The notes below the pieces were generated by a model that worked only from the letters and a program-made list of their open reading frames with translations, made no database searches and was not told the origin of the DNA. Made by a program: the position numbers and the translations under genes. A stretch of DNA of 32,000 bases from Propionibacteriaceae bacterium (GTDB taxonomy: Bacteria > Actinomycetota > Actinomycetes > Propionibacteriales > Propionibacteriaceae), in the NCBI GenBank assembly GCA_031256725.1, contig JAIRQE010000025.1:1-32000 (forward strand), written 5' to 3'. Numbering within the stretch: the stretch's first letter is position 1; every line of letters begins with the position of its first letter. Shown here piece after piece: positions 7,819 through 16,078 of the stretch.

Positions 7819-9309
7819 ATGACTCTGCAGAGGTACCTTGCGGGTGGGGTTAGGGGTTCACTGGCTGGCCTATTCGTCGTGTGCGTGATCTTTAGCCTCA
7901 GTACACGCGTGGGGACTCACCAGTCCTTCATTCAGCATTGTCTGATAGTGATCTCCGACCACTATTACGTGATGTACTTCCTTATTCCGCTGTACTTGTT
8001 GATCTGCTTTTTCATGATGGAGGATGACTCCCACGTGGTCATCGCGCGGTACGGGAGCTATTCTCGCTACTTCTGGAGTAAGTGGTTGTCCCTGGTTGTG
8101 ATCACTGTGTGGGTTATGCTGATCCAACTTGCCGGTATCACTGTGACGGGGATCGGTTTGCCGTTGGATGGTGGATGGGGGTTCACCCAGGATGTGACTG
8201 AGGAGTTATTCGTAGCGTTGATGGGGGTGTTTCCCTCACCGGGGTTGTGCTTCCTCGCGGTGGTTGGATTCATGTGTGCCGGGTTAGCGTTAGTGGGAAT
8301 GATCTGTCTGTGGATGGGGCATTTCCTGTCGCGATCCTGGGCAGTACGGGTCCTCATCGGGGTCTTTGTCCTTTCCCTTCTTGGGATGAGGATTGAGGTG
8401 ATTCGTGGGTTGCCATTGACCCTTGTCAACCATCTGGTGATCCTTCACCATAATCTGTCATGGGCGCGATTGGTGATCACGCTAGCAACGAGTATTGTTC
8501 TCATTGCTGTGATTGCGTGGACAGTCAGAAAACATTGGCAGCAGCATGTGGGGTTCACGAGAAGAAGGGTTCGCGGACTCACACCGTACTATTGCCGAGA
8601 ACTTGTGTCCGTGAAAAACCTACTCATCCTGGCTGGGGTGGTAGGCATCCTGGTGGGGTGGAAGTACGCCCAAAGTGGCGGTGGAATGACCGGCGAGCAG
8701 TGGGTCATGCGGTTGTTCGCTGGCCATGGTACGGGTGGGTTCCATGTCCTCAGCTTCATTGAGATGCTGGTCATGAATGGGGCACCGCTCTATCTGTTGG
8801 CTGTGTTCATTGAGAGGGTGGCGACCTCGCACTCGATATATGTGACTGTACGGTTGAAGAAACGATCAGTGATCCTGAAGGGGATACTGAGTTCTGCTGG
8901 TGTACTTCTGGTGGTCTATGGGGCGATGTTGATAGTCGTACCCAGCCTCGGAATGGCGATTGCTGGGATTACCCCGGATGGGAATTTAGTGGGATTGCTG
9001 GGGATTTCGGCGGGGTTGAGGGTCCTAGACATCAGCGTACAGTTCCTCGCGATGATGGTCATCTACTGTGTGACGGGCCAGATCACTGCAGGCTTCGGTG
9101 TTCTCGTTGGCGTCAATCTGTTATGTATGGTGCCAGTGGTGTCGAGGTACCTCCCCTTCGGGTTGGCGAGTTTGTCGCGAGTGAATCTGCCCGAATGGGG
9201 TTTGGATGGGCTGGTAGTACCCATGGTGATCGGGATCCTGGTTACCACCAGTGGTGTGTTTTTAGGTTGGTTGTCGAGGGCTGGGTACCAGCTCTTACCG
9301 AGAAATTAG
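7819..9309 (+). CDS. Large polytopic membrane protein that looks like a tandem (fused) pair of ABC-2 permease modules
   Basis: The start is taken at ATG 7819 (MTLQRYLAGG...), 1 nt after the upstream stop. The tracked 7705 start lies inside the previous gene. The two halves carry analogous blocks (VVIARYGSYSRYFWSKW and IYVTVRLKKRSVILKGI). Confidence 0.6.
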   Translation: MTLQRYLAGGVRGSLAGLFVVCVIFSLSTRVGTHQSFIQHCLIVISDHYYVMYFLIPLYLLICFFMMEDDSHVVIARYGSYSRYFWSKWLSLVVITVWVMLIQLAGITVTGIGLPLDGGWGFTQDVTEELFVALMGVFPSPGLCFLAVVGFMCAGLALVGMICLWMGHFLSRSWAVRVLIGVFVLSLLGMRIEVIRGLPLTLVNHLVILHHNLSWARLVITLATSIVLIAVIAWTVRKHWQQHVGFTRRRVRGLTPYYCRELVSVKNLLILAGVVGILVGWKYAQSGGGMTGEQWVMRLFAGHGTGGFHVLSFIEMLVMNGAPLYLLAVFIERVATSHSIYVTVRLKKRSVILKGILSSAGVLLVVYGAMLIVVPSLGMAIAGITPDGNLVGLLGISAGLRVLDISVQFLAMMVIYCVTGQITAGFGVLVGVNLLCMVPVVSRYLPFGLASLSRVNLPEWGLDGLVVPMVIGILVTTSGVFLGWLSRAGYQLLPRN

Positions 9310-9317
9310 GAGGAGCT

Positions 9318-9989
9318 ATGACTCCATGTATCGAAGTTGCTCACGTATCAAAGGCCTATTCGGGTCAGGTTGTACTTCGGGACGTATCCCTCGTGGTTGA
9401 GCGAGGTACCACGGTGGGTCTCGTTGGCGCTAATGGGTCCGGGAAATCGGTACTCTTCAAGGCCATATGCGGGTTCGTGAGACCCGATACGGGGACTGTC
9501 ACCGTTGACGGAGTCCACTTGGGCGAAGGCTCAGACTTCCCCGAAAACATGGGAGTCTTCATTAACTCACCCGGGTTTATCGGCATCTATTCAGGGTTCA
9601 AGAACCTCCAATTCCTGGCCAGTATCAGGGGAGTCATCACCGATGAGCAAATCCGTGAAGCTATGAGAAAGGTCGGACTGGACCCCGAAAACAGGGTCAA
9701 GGTCGATAACTATTCCCTAGGGATGAAGCAGAAATTGGGCATAGCCCAAGCCATCATGGAAAATCAAGAAATCATCATCCTAGACGAGCCCTTCAACGCC
9801 CTGGATTACAAAACCTACAACGACGTCAAAGAGATCATCCGTGCCCTCCAGGTGGAAGGCAAGACCATCCTGTTAACCTCCCACAATTATGAGGACCTAG
9901 CCCAACTCTGTGATCCGGTTTACATCCTCGACGAATCTAAGATGGTACCCATCACTGAGGCCCTGATCGCCAAGTACTTCAATCGCTAA
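9318..9989 (+). CDS. ABC transporter ATP-binding protein (LanF/lantibiotic-protection-like)
   Basis: The start is taken at ATG 9318 (MTPCIEVAHVSKAY...), preceded by AGGAGG at 9309-9314. Walker A GANGSGKSV, signature YSLGMKQKL, Walker B IIILDEPFNALD. Confidence 0.9.
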   Translation: MTPCIEVAHVSKAYSGQVVLRDVSLVVERGTTVGLVGANGSGKSVLFKAICGFVRPDTGTVTVDGVHLGEGSDFPENMGVFINSPGFIGIYSGFKNLQFLASIRGVITDEQIREAMRKVGLDPENRVKVDNYSLGMKQKLGIAQAIMENQEIIILDEPFNALDYKTYNDVKEIIRALQVEGKTILLTSHNYEDLAQLCDPVYILDESKMVPITEALIAKYFNR

Positions 9990-9999
9990 TGTACCAAGG

Positions 10000-10029
10000 C
10001 GTCAGGGGTGTCAGGATGTATCTCCTGAC
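10000..10029. repeat. Family-B repeat, truncated copy B2; also a hairpin between convergent genes
   Basis: CGTCAGGGGTGTCAGGATGTATCTCCTGAC starts 10 nt after the ATPase stop. Local stem GTCAGGA (10010-10016) / TCCTGAC (10023-10029). The hemolysin-III gene ends at 10035 on the other strand. Confidence 0.6.
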
Positions 10030-10034
10030 ACGCA

Positions 10035-10742
10035 TTAGCCGAGTAGTTGTCCGCGAACGTGAAGAACGGTCAGGAGTACTGCCACCCAATGGCAGGCGGC
10101 GGCGGCAACTGTACATGCATGGAAGACCTCGTGAAAACCGAAGTATTTCTTCGAGGGGTCGGGCCATTTCCGGGAGTAAATTACAGCGCCCAGGGAGTAG
10201 ACGACTCCACCGGCGAGGATGAGGATCACGATGGCGGGCCCACCACCAGCCCAGAATTCGGGCAGCCACCACATCGCGGCCCACCCCATGATGACGTACA
10301 TCGTGGTGTAGAGCCAGCGTGGGGCCGAGAGCCATAGAACCCTGAAAAGGACGCCCGCAACTGCGAGACCCCAGATCAGTGAGAGAATGACGACCCGGGA
10401 GGTACCTTCGAGCAACATCACCGATAGGGGAGTGTAGGTACCTGCAACGAAGAGGTAGATATTGGCGTGATCGATGCGCCTGAGTACTGCCTTGGTGGTC
10501 TCACCCCAGCGGAAGATGTGGTAGGTCGCTGAGTTCGCGAAGAGTAGTACAGCGCACCCAAGATAGATGGCCAGCGAAGCCTTGTTGCCCCCACCGGGAA
10601 CGACGCAAATCAGCGTGATGATTCCTGCTGTCAGAAGGGGTACAGTACCCGCGTGGAGCCATCCACGCAGTTTGGGCTTGCCGGGGATCGGCTCGGTGAT
10701 CTCAGGATCGAGAACCTCCATGGGCTCCATCGTCATAGTCAT
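10035..10742 (-). CDS. Hemolysin III family (PAQR) membrane protein
   Basis: 235 aa with 7 hydrophobic helices. Family blocks HANIYLFVAGTYTP and FGFHEVFHACTVAAAACHW. AAGGAG Shine-Dalgarno (reverse complement of 10751-10756) 8 nt upstream. Confidence 0.85.
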   Translation of the reverse strand: MTMTMEPMEVLDPEITEPIPGKPKLRGWLHAGTVPLLTAGIITLICVVPGGGNKASLAIYLGCAVLLFANSATYHIFRWGETTKAVLRRIDHANIYLFVAGTYTPLSVMLLEGTSRVVILSLIWGLAVAGVLFRVLWLSAPRWLYTTMYVIMGWAAMWWLPEFWAGGGPAIVILILAGGVVYSLGAVIYSRKWPDPSKKYFGFHEVFHACTVAAAACHWVAVLLTVLHVRGQLLG

Positions 10743-10765
10743 AAACGAGCTCCTTAAGGATACGG

Positions 10766-10797
10766 TACGGTAGGTTACGCTACCGTAAGTAACCTAC
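10766..10797. promoter_or_regulatory. Two overlapping, mutually exclusive inverted repeats in the hlyIII upstream region
   Basis: TACGGTAG (10766-10773) pairs with CTACCGTA (10780-10787). GTAGGTTAC (10770-10778) pairs with GTAACCTAC (10789-10797). The two share nt 10770-10773. Confidence 0.25.
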
Positions 10798-11104
10798 TTT
10801 ATCTTGTTTTCCCCAAAACCCCAATAAGGCCCTGAATGCTGTTACCTCAGCGCTTACGCGTTTCGACGTATTCCGGTCTTCAATGAATGATCAGGGCTGG
10901 GGGTTGATGGCAGGTCGTACCCATCTCAAAAGCGACCAAACTTCGTAAACCTCCTCAAGGGCGTACAAAACAACTAAGATTTGTGAAGTTCTGCCCAGAT
11001 CTTTAGTAGCGCGAGTCAGATCGGTGGCATGATACCCCCACAACATGAATAGTTTCACGGGAAGTCATCAGTGGCCGAGTCCGGTGGTACCTCCAAAACA
11101 TGGG

Positions 11105-11110
11105 TAGAGT
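11105..11110 (+). promoter_or_regulatory. -10 box of a leaderless-type promoter for the prenyltransferase gene
   Basis: TAGAGT fits TANNNT, followed by 6 nt (ACTCTC) and then GTG 11117. No Shine-Dalgarno. Confidence 0.35.
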
Positions 11111-11116
11111 ACTCTC

Positions 11117-11923
11117 GTGGGAATTGGCGATGCAATCGAAACTATCCAGGATAGGCTCCGTCCATCCGGGTTGCTTTATACGACCTACGAGAGGCACCTG
11201 TTGTCCAAATTGGACAGGAGTCGCTTGCCGCACCATGTCGCCGTCATGGCGGATGGGAACCGTCGATGGGCTCGGCTCAATGCGCCGGGGGAAACCTTAA
11301 CAGCTGGGTACCACGCTGGCGCATCCCGCCTGACCGAGTTCTCCCGATGGTGTGATGAGGTCGGAATCCAGATCGTCACCTTGTGGGTACTCTCCCCCTC
11401 CAACCTTGATCGCCCGGAAGAAGAGGTACTGCCTCTGCTTGACGTGATCGTCGCCCTAGTCGAATCCCTCGCAGCCGAAGGCAAGTGGAGGGTACAGTTG
11501 GTGGGCGCCTTAGACCTCCTCCCAGAAGGTATGGCCGAAGCTCTCCGCAAGGCCAGCGAAGGTACCAAAGACTCCACAGGGATGCACATCAATGTCGCCG
11601 TCTCCTACGCCGGACGCCAGGAACTCCGCGACGCATTCCGTTCCCTTCTAGCCCAAGAGGCCAGCAAAGGTACCACCCTCGATGACCTCGCAAACACCCT
11701 AGAAATTGAGATGATCTCCGACCATTTGTACACCGCTGGTCAGCCTGATCCCGACCTCATCATCCGTACCTCTGGCGAACAGAGACTCTCCGACTTCCTC
11801 ATCTGGCAGTCCGCCCACTCAGAATTCTATTTCCACGAAGCCCTATGGCCCGACTTTAGACGAGTCGACTTTCTACGAGCCCTCAGAGCCTTCACCCAAC
11901 GTGAACGCCGGTTTGGTCGCTAG
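11117..11923 (+). CDS. uppS: cis-Isoprenyl diphosphate synthase (UppS family); by synteny likely the short-chain Z-farnesyl-PP synthase type (Rv1086-like)
   Basis: HVAVMADGNRRWA catalytic motif and IRTSGEQRLSDFLIWQ block. Divergent from a hemolysin-III gene, as Rv1085c/Rv1086 are in Mycobacterium (recalled). Confidence 0.85.
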   Translation: MGIGDAIETIQDRLRPSGLLYTTYERHLLSKLDRSRLPHHVAVMADGNRRWARLNAPGETLTAGYHAGASRLTEFSRWCDEVGIQIVTLWVLSPSNLDRPEEEVLPLLDVIVALVESLAAEGKWRVQLVGALDLLPEGMAEALRKASEGTKDSTGMHINVAVSYAGRQELRDAFRSLLAQEASKGTTLDDLANTLEIEMISDHLYTAGQPDPDLIIRTSGEQRLSDFLIWQSAHSEFYFHEALWPDFRRVDFLRALRAFTQRERRFGR

Positions 11924-12007
11924 GTGTCTGGGGTGTCGGGGGACATATCTCTTGACATGTCTTGACCATGTACCACATCCCTTCGCTTGGAGTGTCAAGA
12001 GATACGT
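11924..12007 (+). repeat. Family-B repeat, copy B3
   Basis: GTGTCTGGGGTGTCGGGGGACATATCTCTTGAC starts at the nt after the uppS stop. Right arm GTCAAGAGATACGT (11994-12007) pairs with 11943-11956 at 13 of 14 positions. TCTTGAC is duplicated (11950 and 11960). Confidence 0.7.
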
Positions 12008-12047
12008 ACTATAGATCGAACCTTTGTTCGAGTGTTGGTGAGTGAAA

Positions 12048-13577
12048 ATGTCGGGGGGTACTGGCACAGTTATTCCTATGAACGATTTCATCTGGGTACT
12101 CGCTCTCTTTGGGGGGCTTATCCTTGGGGTGCTGGGAAGCGTCGTCGTGGTGTCTGTGCGTCGGGCTTTTCGCGCGGAACAGGATCGGGCTGACATTGCT
12201 CACGAGGAGAATCAGATCTCGCTGGCTCGTGGGGAGGCTGCCAATGCTCGCGCGGAGGCTGCGTCAGCGCGTGCGGAATTGGCGCGTGCGGAGACCGATA
12301 TTGAGAAGGCGCGCGGTGAGGCTTCGGCTGCCCAGGCTCTCGCTTCAGAGTACAAAGCTCTCCTGGCAGCTGAGACTGCCCGGGTGGTGACCGTCGAGGT
12401 GGAGAGGGACAATGCCATAGAGCAGGCTGGGCAACTTCGTGTTGATCATGAGGCCATGGCGAACTCCTTCAAAGCCCTATCCAGTGAGGCCCTTGATAAA
12501 CAGAACAAGGTGGTCGAGGCTCAGGCTGATCAACGCCGCCTTGAAACGGAGAAGATGATCTCCGAAATGCAGTCCAGCATGCAACATCTCCAAACCCGTT
12601 TGACGGAGATGGAGAAGGAGAGGGCTACCATCACTGCTCAGATTGCTGCGCAGGTTCAAACTGTTCGTTTGACGGGGGAGCAACTACGCAAAGAGACATC
12701 CAGTCTTGCTGCAACCTTGAAGAGACCGAATGCGCGCGGATCCTGGGGTGAACTCCAGTTGCGACGTACGGTTGAGGCAGCAGGGATGGTTGAACATGTT
12801 GACTTCGTACTCCAAGAATCTGCATCCACCGACAACCACGATATTCGCCCCGATTTGAAGGTGATTCTCGTTGGGGGCAAGTTCATCTATGTGGATTCCA
12901 AGACTCCCTTGGATGCCTTCCTACGAGCCGAATCTGCTGAGAGCGATGTTGAGCGGGCGACCCATCTCACGCAGTTCGCGAAGACCATGAGGGAGCACGT
13001 GAAGAAGCTTGCCTCCAAGAAGTACTGGAGTGCTGACATTGCGACTCCTGACATTGTGATCCTCTATCTTCCAAGCGAATCCCTCCTCCAGGTCGCCTTG
13101 GAGCAGACCCCGGATCTCATCGATTATGCGACCGGCTTGAATGTCATGTTGGCCACTCCAACGACTCTGATCACAATGCTGAGGGTTGCGTACTATTCCT
13201 GGACCCACGAAGTGTTGACCGAATCGGCGAGAGAGGTTTGCGAGATCGGCAAACAGTTGTACTCACGACTGTCCACCATGGGTGGGTACTTTGATCGCCT
13301 AGCTGGTGGATTAGAAACAGCAGTCAAGGCGTACAATGACGCTATCGGTTCCCTGGAGGGTCGCATCTTCGTGAGTGCTAGGAGGTTCCGTGAACTCAAA
13401 GTCGTCGAAGATGAACTTAATGAACTCATCCCTATTACTAGTGGTACGCGCTCACTATCCGCCCAGGAATTGGTATCCAGCGCCGAGGAGATCCCAGCAA
13501 CCATTGGCCGAGCCCGTGCCCTAGCTTCGGTGTCCAGCATCATCGAGGATGACGAGAAACGGGAGATGATCGGATGA
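12048..13577 (+). CDS. rmuC: DNA recombination protein RmuC
   Basis: N-terminal transmembrane helix, a long Ala/Arg/Glu coiled coil, and the RmuC nuclease-like C-terminal block RGSWGELQLRRTVEAAGMVEHVDF. The start is uncertain: GTG 12042, ATG 12048 (GGTGAG 5 nt upstream) or ATG 12078. Confidence 0.85.
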   Translation: MSGGTGTVIPMNDFIWVLALFGGLILGVLGSVVVVSVRRAFRAEQDRADIAHEENQISLARGEAANARAEAASARAELARAETDIEKARGEASAAQALASEYKALLAAETARVVTVEVERDNAIEQAGQLRVDHEAMANSFKALSSEALDKQNKVVEAQADQRRLETEKMISEMQSSMQHLQTRLTEMEKERATITAQIAAQVQTVRLTGEQLRKETSSLAATLKRPNARGSWGELQLRRTVEAAGMVEHVDFVLQESASTDNHDIRPDLKVILVGGKFIYVDSKTPLDAFLRAESAESDVERATHLTQFAKTMREHVKKLASKKYWSADIATPDIVILYLPSESLLQVALEQTPDLIDYATGLNVMLATPTTLITMLRVAYYSWTHEVLTESAREVCEIGKQLYSRLSTMGGYFDRLAGGLETAVKAYNDAIGSLEGRIFVSARRFRELKVVEDELNELIPITSGTRSLSAQELVSSAEEIPATIGRARALASVSSIIEDDEKREMIG

Positions 13578-13599
13578 AAAGACAGTTTAAGGAGTCAAT

Positions 13600-13761
13600 G
13601 TGAATAGATCTGGGTTGTTTCTTCTGATTAGTGCTGGTCTCTTCGGAGTGTCAGCAGTTCTTTCCGCCGCCGCTTCACATGAATGGATGATAGCTACTAA
13701 AATCTTCGTTTGCATGCTCATAGGAACTGTTGGTGTGCTTGTCGGTGTTCGTCGTGACTGA
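13600..13761 (+). CDS. Small hydrophobic protein (53 aa, two predicted helices), hypothetical
   Basis: GTG start 5 nt after AAGGAG (13589-13594). Sequence VNRSGLFLLISAGLFGVSAVLSAAASHEWMIATKIFVCMLIGTVGVLVGVRRD. Fills the rmuC-xseA gap. Below the 60-aa cutoff of the ORF track. Confidence 0.4.
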   Translation: MNRSGLFLLISAGLFGVSAVLSAAASHEWMIATKIFVCMLIGTVGVLVGVRRD

Positions 13762-13794
13762 ATCAGTTCATCCTGACCTCAGGAAGGCCCACTG

Positions 13795-15099
13795 ATGGCG
13801 ATGCAATCCAGCGTGGAAAACCCCGTACCCTTGCGCGAGGTCGCCTCGGCCGTCAAAGGGTGGGTTGACAGACTCGGAATGATCTGGGTGTCTGCCCAAG
13901 TCATCGAACTCAGCCGGAAAACGGGGGTGACCCACTATCTCACCCTTCGTGATCCAACCCAAGAGGTTTCCGTCTCGGTTACCCTGTCAACAGCAGTACT
14001 TGATGCTGCGGGCCCAGTCAACACGGGCATGGCGGTCACGGCCCAACTCAAACCGACTGTCTGGTTGAAATCTGGGCGCTTGAGTTATGAGTGTTTCTCG
14101 TTGAGACCCACAGGAGAGGGTCAACTTCTCGCCCAGATCGAACATCTGAAGAGACTCCTCCAAGCGGAGGGTTTATTCAACCCGGCTCTGAAACGCACAT
14201 TACCCTACCTTCCAAAGGGGATCGGGCTTATCACGGGAAAGGACACCGCCGCCGAGAAGGATGTGGTCGTCAACGTTGAAAGGCGTTGGCCGGCAGCTCG
14301 AATCCTGACCCGTCACTGTCTCATGCAAGGTCCCTCATCGGCTGCCCAAATTTTGACTGCTGTCGCGGACTTCGACAAGGATCCGAGTATCGATGTCATC
14401 GTAATCGCTCGTGGTGGTGGGTCTGTCGAGGACCTTCTTCCCTTCTCTGATGAAGCATTAGTACGAGCGGTGGCCAACGCCCGTACCCCTGTGGTGTCCG
14501 CGATCGGTCATGAGGTGGACACCCCCATACTTGACCTGGTTGCCGATCTGAGAGCCTCAACCCCCACAGATGCCGCCAAGAGGATCGTGCCTGATGCTGG
14601 AGAGGAACTCGAACGGGTACGACGAATGCGCGAGCATTTAAGATCCAGTGTGAACGCACTGCTCATCAATCAAGCAACCAACCTTGAACAGTGGCGATTG
14701 AGACCCGTCCTTCGTGATCCCCTTTCGCGCTTCGATGTGTACACCCAACAGATTGAAACCCTCCGCAACCACCTTCGACAGGCAACATCACTACACCTGG
14801 ATCGCGAAGAGTCCTCAATCAGTAGGTACACTGCGCTCGTAGGCTCGCTTGGGCCACAATCCGTCCTGGCGAGGGGGTACTCAATCCTCATCGACTCGGA
14901 TGGACACAATATTTCAACAACCGAATCCGCAGTCATCGGCTCCGAGATCACTGCCCACCTCAGTGATGGGCGGATTACCGTGAAGGTGACCAACAAAGAC
15001 TTATCGGGTTCGACAGCAGATGAATCCAATGGAGCCGAATCCACGGGTTCGAGAACCAAATCCTCCACAAACACCCCATATAAGGAGAATCATGAGTGA
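13795..15099 (+). CDS. xseA: Exodeoxyribonuclease VII large subunit
   Basis: N-terminal OB-fold block (VSAQVIELSRKTGVTHYLTLRD), catalytic core block VIVIARGGGSVEDLLPFSDE, and overlap with xseB. Confidence 0.9.
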   Translation: MAMQSSVENPVPLREVASAVKGWVDRLGMIWVSAQVIELSRKTGVTHYLTLRDPTQEVSVSVTLSTAVLDAAGPVNTGMAVTAQLKPTVWLKSGRLSYECFSLRPTGEGQLLAQIEHLKRLLQAEGLFNPALKRTLPYLPKGIGLITGKDTAAEKDVVVNVERRWPAARILTRHCLMQGPSSAAQILTAVADFDKDPSIDVIVIARGGGSVEDLLPFSDEALVRAVANARTPVVSAIGHEVDTPILDLVADLRASTPTDAAKRIVPDAGEELERVRRMREHLRSSVNALLINQATNLEQWRLRPVLRDPLSRFDVYTQQIETLRNHLRQATSLHLDREESSISRYTALVGSLGPQSVLARGYSILIDSDGHNISTTESAVIGSEITAHLSDGRITVKVTNKDLSGSTADESNGAESTGSRTKSSTNTPYKENHE

Positions 15100-15334
15100 A
15101 ACACAGAAGAAATCGAAGAACGGTGATGAATCCAGTGAACAGGCCAATGAAACCCAACTCACTTATGAACAGGCGCGCGATGAGTTGATCACGGTGGTAA
15201 ACCGATTGGAGTCTGGAGGTGAATCTTTGGCCGAATCCATGGAACTCTTCAAACGTGGAGAATACCTTTCCACGCTGTGTGAACGTTACCTCAGTGAGGC
15301 TCGCGCTGTACTCAAGGCTGCGAATCAGGATTGA
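15092..15334 (+). CDS. xseB: Exodeoxyribonuclease VII small subunit
   Basis: The start is taken at ATG 15092 (MSETQKK...), overlapping the xseA stop by 8 nt, with AAGGAG upstream. Contains the LTYEQARDELITVVNRLESGGESLAESMELFKRGE pattern. Confidence 0.85.
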   Translation: MSETQKKSKNGDESSEQANETQLTYEQARDELITVVNRLESGGESLAESMELFKRGEYLSTLCERYLSEARAVLKAANQD

Positions 15335-15365
15335 CGCACTGGCTAGCATAGAGGATCATAGATAG

Positions 15366-16061
15366 ATGCATGAAGAAACGATCACTCTCGCCCGCAGCGA
15401 AGCGGATGGGTACGAGATCGCTTTGCGCCGAAGAATTCAGGGGAACTTCTCATCCGACGAGCTCATCATTAATGGTGCCTTCGCTATGGACTCCACGCGT
15501 GCGATGTCCGAGATCGTCCTTGCTGAAGCCCTAGGTCCAAACCCCGGTCATGTGCTTGTAGGAGGCCTGGGTTTAGGATTCACCGCAGCCCATCTTCTCG
15601 AAGTCGGTGCCACCCAGATTGATGTCGTTGAACTGTCTACCCCACTGATCGAATGGGCACAGGAGGGACTCACAGAAACCCTTGGGAAGGTCGCCTCAGA
15701 CCCGCGAGCATCCCTACGGCACGGAGATGTAGCCACTCTCCTAGCTGGGCAGCCCACCATTCCGGGCCTCTTCGGCCCCTGGGATGGAATCTGCCTCGAC
15801 ATCGATAATGGCCCCGAGTACCTCATTCACGAGGAGAACGCTCGACTGTACACTCCCGAAGGAATCCGAGCAGCCCTCGCCCACCTCAATCCTGGAGGCA
15901 AGATGGCCATCTGGTCCCAGGGTCCCTCCAAAGAGTTTTGGTTCGACCTGACCAGCATCGACGAGAACGCCACCGAACGCCTCGTCCAGGTTGAGAAGAG
16001 CAACCGGCGAATGGATTACGCCATATATACGGTGAATCGACCTGAAGAATTGGGTGTTTAA
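15366..16061 (+). CDS. Spermidine-synthase-like SAM-dependent methyltransferase-fold protein
   Basis: VLVGGLGLGFTAAHLL glycine-rich SAM-binding motif followed by IDVVELS. 231 aa. Confidence 0.6.
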   Translation: MHEETITLARSEADGYEIALRRRIQGNFSSDELIINGAFAMDSTRAMSEIVLAEALGPNPGHVLVGGLGLGFTAAHLLEVGATQIDVVELSTPLIEWAQEGLTETLGKVASDPRASLRHGDVATLLAGQPTIPGLFGPWDGICLDIDNGPEYLIHEENARLYTPEGIRAALAHLNPGGKMAIWSQGPSKEFWFDLTSIDENATERLVQVEKSNRRMDYAIYTVNRPEELGV

Positions 16062-16078
16062 CCCTGTACCCTAGTTCT

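Noticed and set aside
12180-12420. Repetitive Ala/Arg/Glu-coding DNA in the rmuC 5' region as a tandem repeat or contingency locus.
   Set aside because: The repeats are imperfect and in frame, encoding the usual RmuC coiled coil. There is no exact unit that would promote slippage.
12048-13577. RmuC as part of a phage-defence system.
   Set aside because: It sits in a conserved housekeeping context (uppS-like, xseA, xseB) with a standard domain layout. No partner defence genes are adjacent.
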